DNA of 59,525 nt, the filler included. It is 9 parts of 9 records of this genome, joined end to end, with 100 filler letters (N's around TTAATTAATTAA, not from the genome) between each part and the next. Parts side by side here need not be neighbours in the genome. Positions count along the whole stretch, not along the records: positions 51,365 to 59,525 come from SRR31156797_130229; 8 more parts are not named here. The stretch is one strand, 5' to 3'. A program made the position numbers and the translations under genes. Every line of letters begins with the position of its first letter. Position 1 is the first letter of the stretch. Shown here one piece after another: positions 58,199-59,525 of this stretch. The notes beneath the pieces are model-generated. The model was not told the DNA's origin and searched no databases. It saw nothing but the letters and a program-made list of their open reading frames with translations.

Positions 58199-59525
58199 AT
58201 GAATGAAGTCGAAGAGGCCGGAGGAACGCCCGAGGAGAAAATCAGGGCGGTGATTAATGGTTTTCTGCAGGAACGCCTGGAGCCAAAGCTGGATCCGATC
58301 CTGAAAAAGGAGGAAAAGCTCAGGGAGCAACATGATAGCGGCAAACAACTTGATGAATTGGAGAAGCAACGGACAAAGCTGCTTTTTGAATTTTCACCGG
58401 AGGTCTGGATTGATAATGCCGCTCGACGCGTGAGTCAGTTACAGCAGGCCACGCATGCAGTCAAATACATGCATCCAGACGCCAAGGGAACGTCTTTGAA
58501 TGAGCCGGGCAATCCGGACGCGGGCGACTTGGCCGTGGGCACTCACACAATTGCATGCCATTATAAGCCCGATGTAGTAGGCAATGCAGCCGTGTTGGAT
58601 GTTTACAAGTTTTTATGCTTGCAGGTTAATGGAAAAACCATGCTTGGCCTTATGCTGGACAGGGATCCGGCATTGCGGAACGCATTGTCCGATGATGCTG
58701 AAAAGGCAGAATCGTGGATTAACTCATTTGCCGCAATTACAGATTGTCATGACGATCCGGCATCCCACAAGCTCGCCAAGCAGGTGTACTGGCCCCTGGG
58801 GGAAGGCGCATATCACCTTCTGGCGCCTTTATTCCCGACGTCTTTATGTCATGAGATCAGGGAAAAAATAAATGAAGACCGGTTTTCGGAGGAAGCAAAA
58901 GCGGCCAGGGAGGCAAGGAAAAACGGGGAGTCGCATCCTAACGGCTATCGGGAATATCCTGAGTGTGTGCTCCAGAAGTTCGGTGGTTCCAAGCCTCAGA
59001 ATATCAGCCAGCTAAACACTGAACGTGGTGGAGAAATCTACCTGCTGGCCTCATGCCCGCCTAATTGGAGATCCGAGCCCGCACGCCCCCCTTTGTTCGT
59101 TAAAAGTGTTTTTGACAGTCTGTTCGGGAAAAGGCGCAGGGTGCGCGAGCTGACCCGGGTCCTGCGGGACTTTCTATTGAAAGTCAGGGATTACAACAAC
59201 ATCAGGATCAGGGAAAAACGGTCCGAACTGGTTGGTTACATCCGCGATGAATTGCTTTTATTCGCGGCTGAGATCCAGGATATCGAACCCGGTTGGAGTC
59301 TTGATGAAAACTGCCGATTGAACCCGGATGAACAGTGTTGGCTCGACCCATGGCGAGCCCAGGACGACGAAGCCTTTGCCGCTTTGCGTAATCAGGGCGA
59401 ATGGAAAGACGCTGTTTGTAAACGATTCGGCAACTGGCTCAACGCGCGTCTGACTGCCAAAAGCCTGAATATGGGCGAGGACGAGGCCCGGGAGTGGCAA
59501 TCGGTTCTTGATAAGGAACTGCGCA
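58199..59525 (+). CDS. csy1: Type I-F Cascade large subunit Csy1/Cas8f (runs off the window end; absent from the ORF track)
   Basis: Manual translation from ATG 58199 (AAGGAG RBS): ATHAVKYMHPDAKG, GNAAVLDVYKFL, SHKLAKQVYW, YHLLAPLFPTSL, GGSKPQNISQLN. Confidence 0.93.
   Translation, partial: MNEVEEAGGTPEEKIRAVINGFLQERLEPKLDPILKKEEKLREQHDSGKQLDELEKQRTKLLFEFSPEVWIDNAARRVSQLQQATHAVKYMHPDAKGTSLNEPGNPDAGDLAVGTHTIACHYKPDVVGNAAVLDVYKFLCLQVNGKTMLGLMLDRDPALRNALSDDAEKAESWINSFAAITDCHDDPASHKLAKQVYWPLGEGAYHLLAPLFPTSLCHEIREKINEDRFSEEAKAAREARKNGESHPNGYREYPECVLQKFGGSKPQNISQLNTERGGEIYLLASCPPNWRSEPARPPLFVKSVFDSLFGKRRRVRELTRVLRDFLLKVRDYNNIRIREKRSELVGYIRDELLLFAAEIQDIEPGWSLDENCRLNPDEQCWLDPWRAQDDEAFAALRNQGEWKDAVCKRFGNWLNARLTAKSLNMGEDEAREWQSVLDKELR

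Noticed and set aside
49113-59525. Functional link between clpB or the orphan protein and the cas operon
   Set aside because: Separated by an artificial spacer and apparently from different organisms
1-59525. tRNA, rRNA, transposase, integrase or Sec/Pyl recoding
   Set aside because: None recognised by eye; tRNAscan-SE and Infernal would be needed to exclude them

Overview
The window is not one locus. It is nine unrelated contig fragments joined by identical 100-bp artificial spacers (N44-TTAATTAATTAA-N44), so gene neighbourhoods are meaningful only within a fragment. Taxonomic labels are inferred from composition and protein style. (1) 1-8069, deltaproteobacterial-like: GntR regulator, cupin plus PLP aminotransferase, MerR, PAS protein, pentapeptide-repeat protein, c-heme hybrid kinase, MCP end. 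(2) 8170-14583, GC-rich alphaproteobacterial-like: sugar ABC binding protein, ROK regulator, EEP hydrolase, transglutaminase-like protein, O-antigen ligase. (3) 14684-23170, Desulfobacterales-like: DUF748, rbgA, prc, ppiC, AsmA-like. (4) 23271-28812: sucA end, sucB, citrate synthase, three-gene transhydrogenase. (5) 28913-34270: outer-membrane protein, OMF, MFP and RND operon divergent from an RstA/OmpR-type regulator, with phased TACA boxes between them. (6) 34371-39826, planctomycete-like: DAACS symporter, deacetylase-DUF6807 fusion, two small genes, LytS-type PAS sensor. (7) 39927-45666, planctomycete-like glycan locus: sulfatase, GH109, TIM-barrel epimerase, Gfo/Idh/MocA, SSS. (8) 45767-51264, probably a methanosarcinal archaeon: cysC, cysQ, an uncharacterised 564-aa tail-anchored protein behind a structured leader, clpB. 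(9) 51365-59525, deltaproteobacterial-like: RDD protein, cheW, membrane protein and a type I-F cas operon (cas1, cas2-3, csy1 running off the end); no CRISPR array is visible. The best candidate for something undescribed is the 564-aa protein, which has a fusion-peptide-like N-terminus, an internal duplication, heptads and a C-terminal TM, together with its putative RNA leader.
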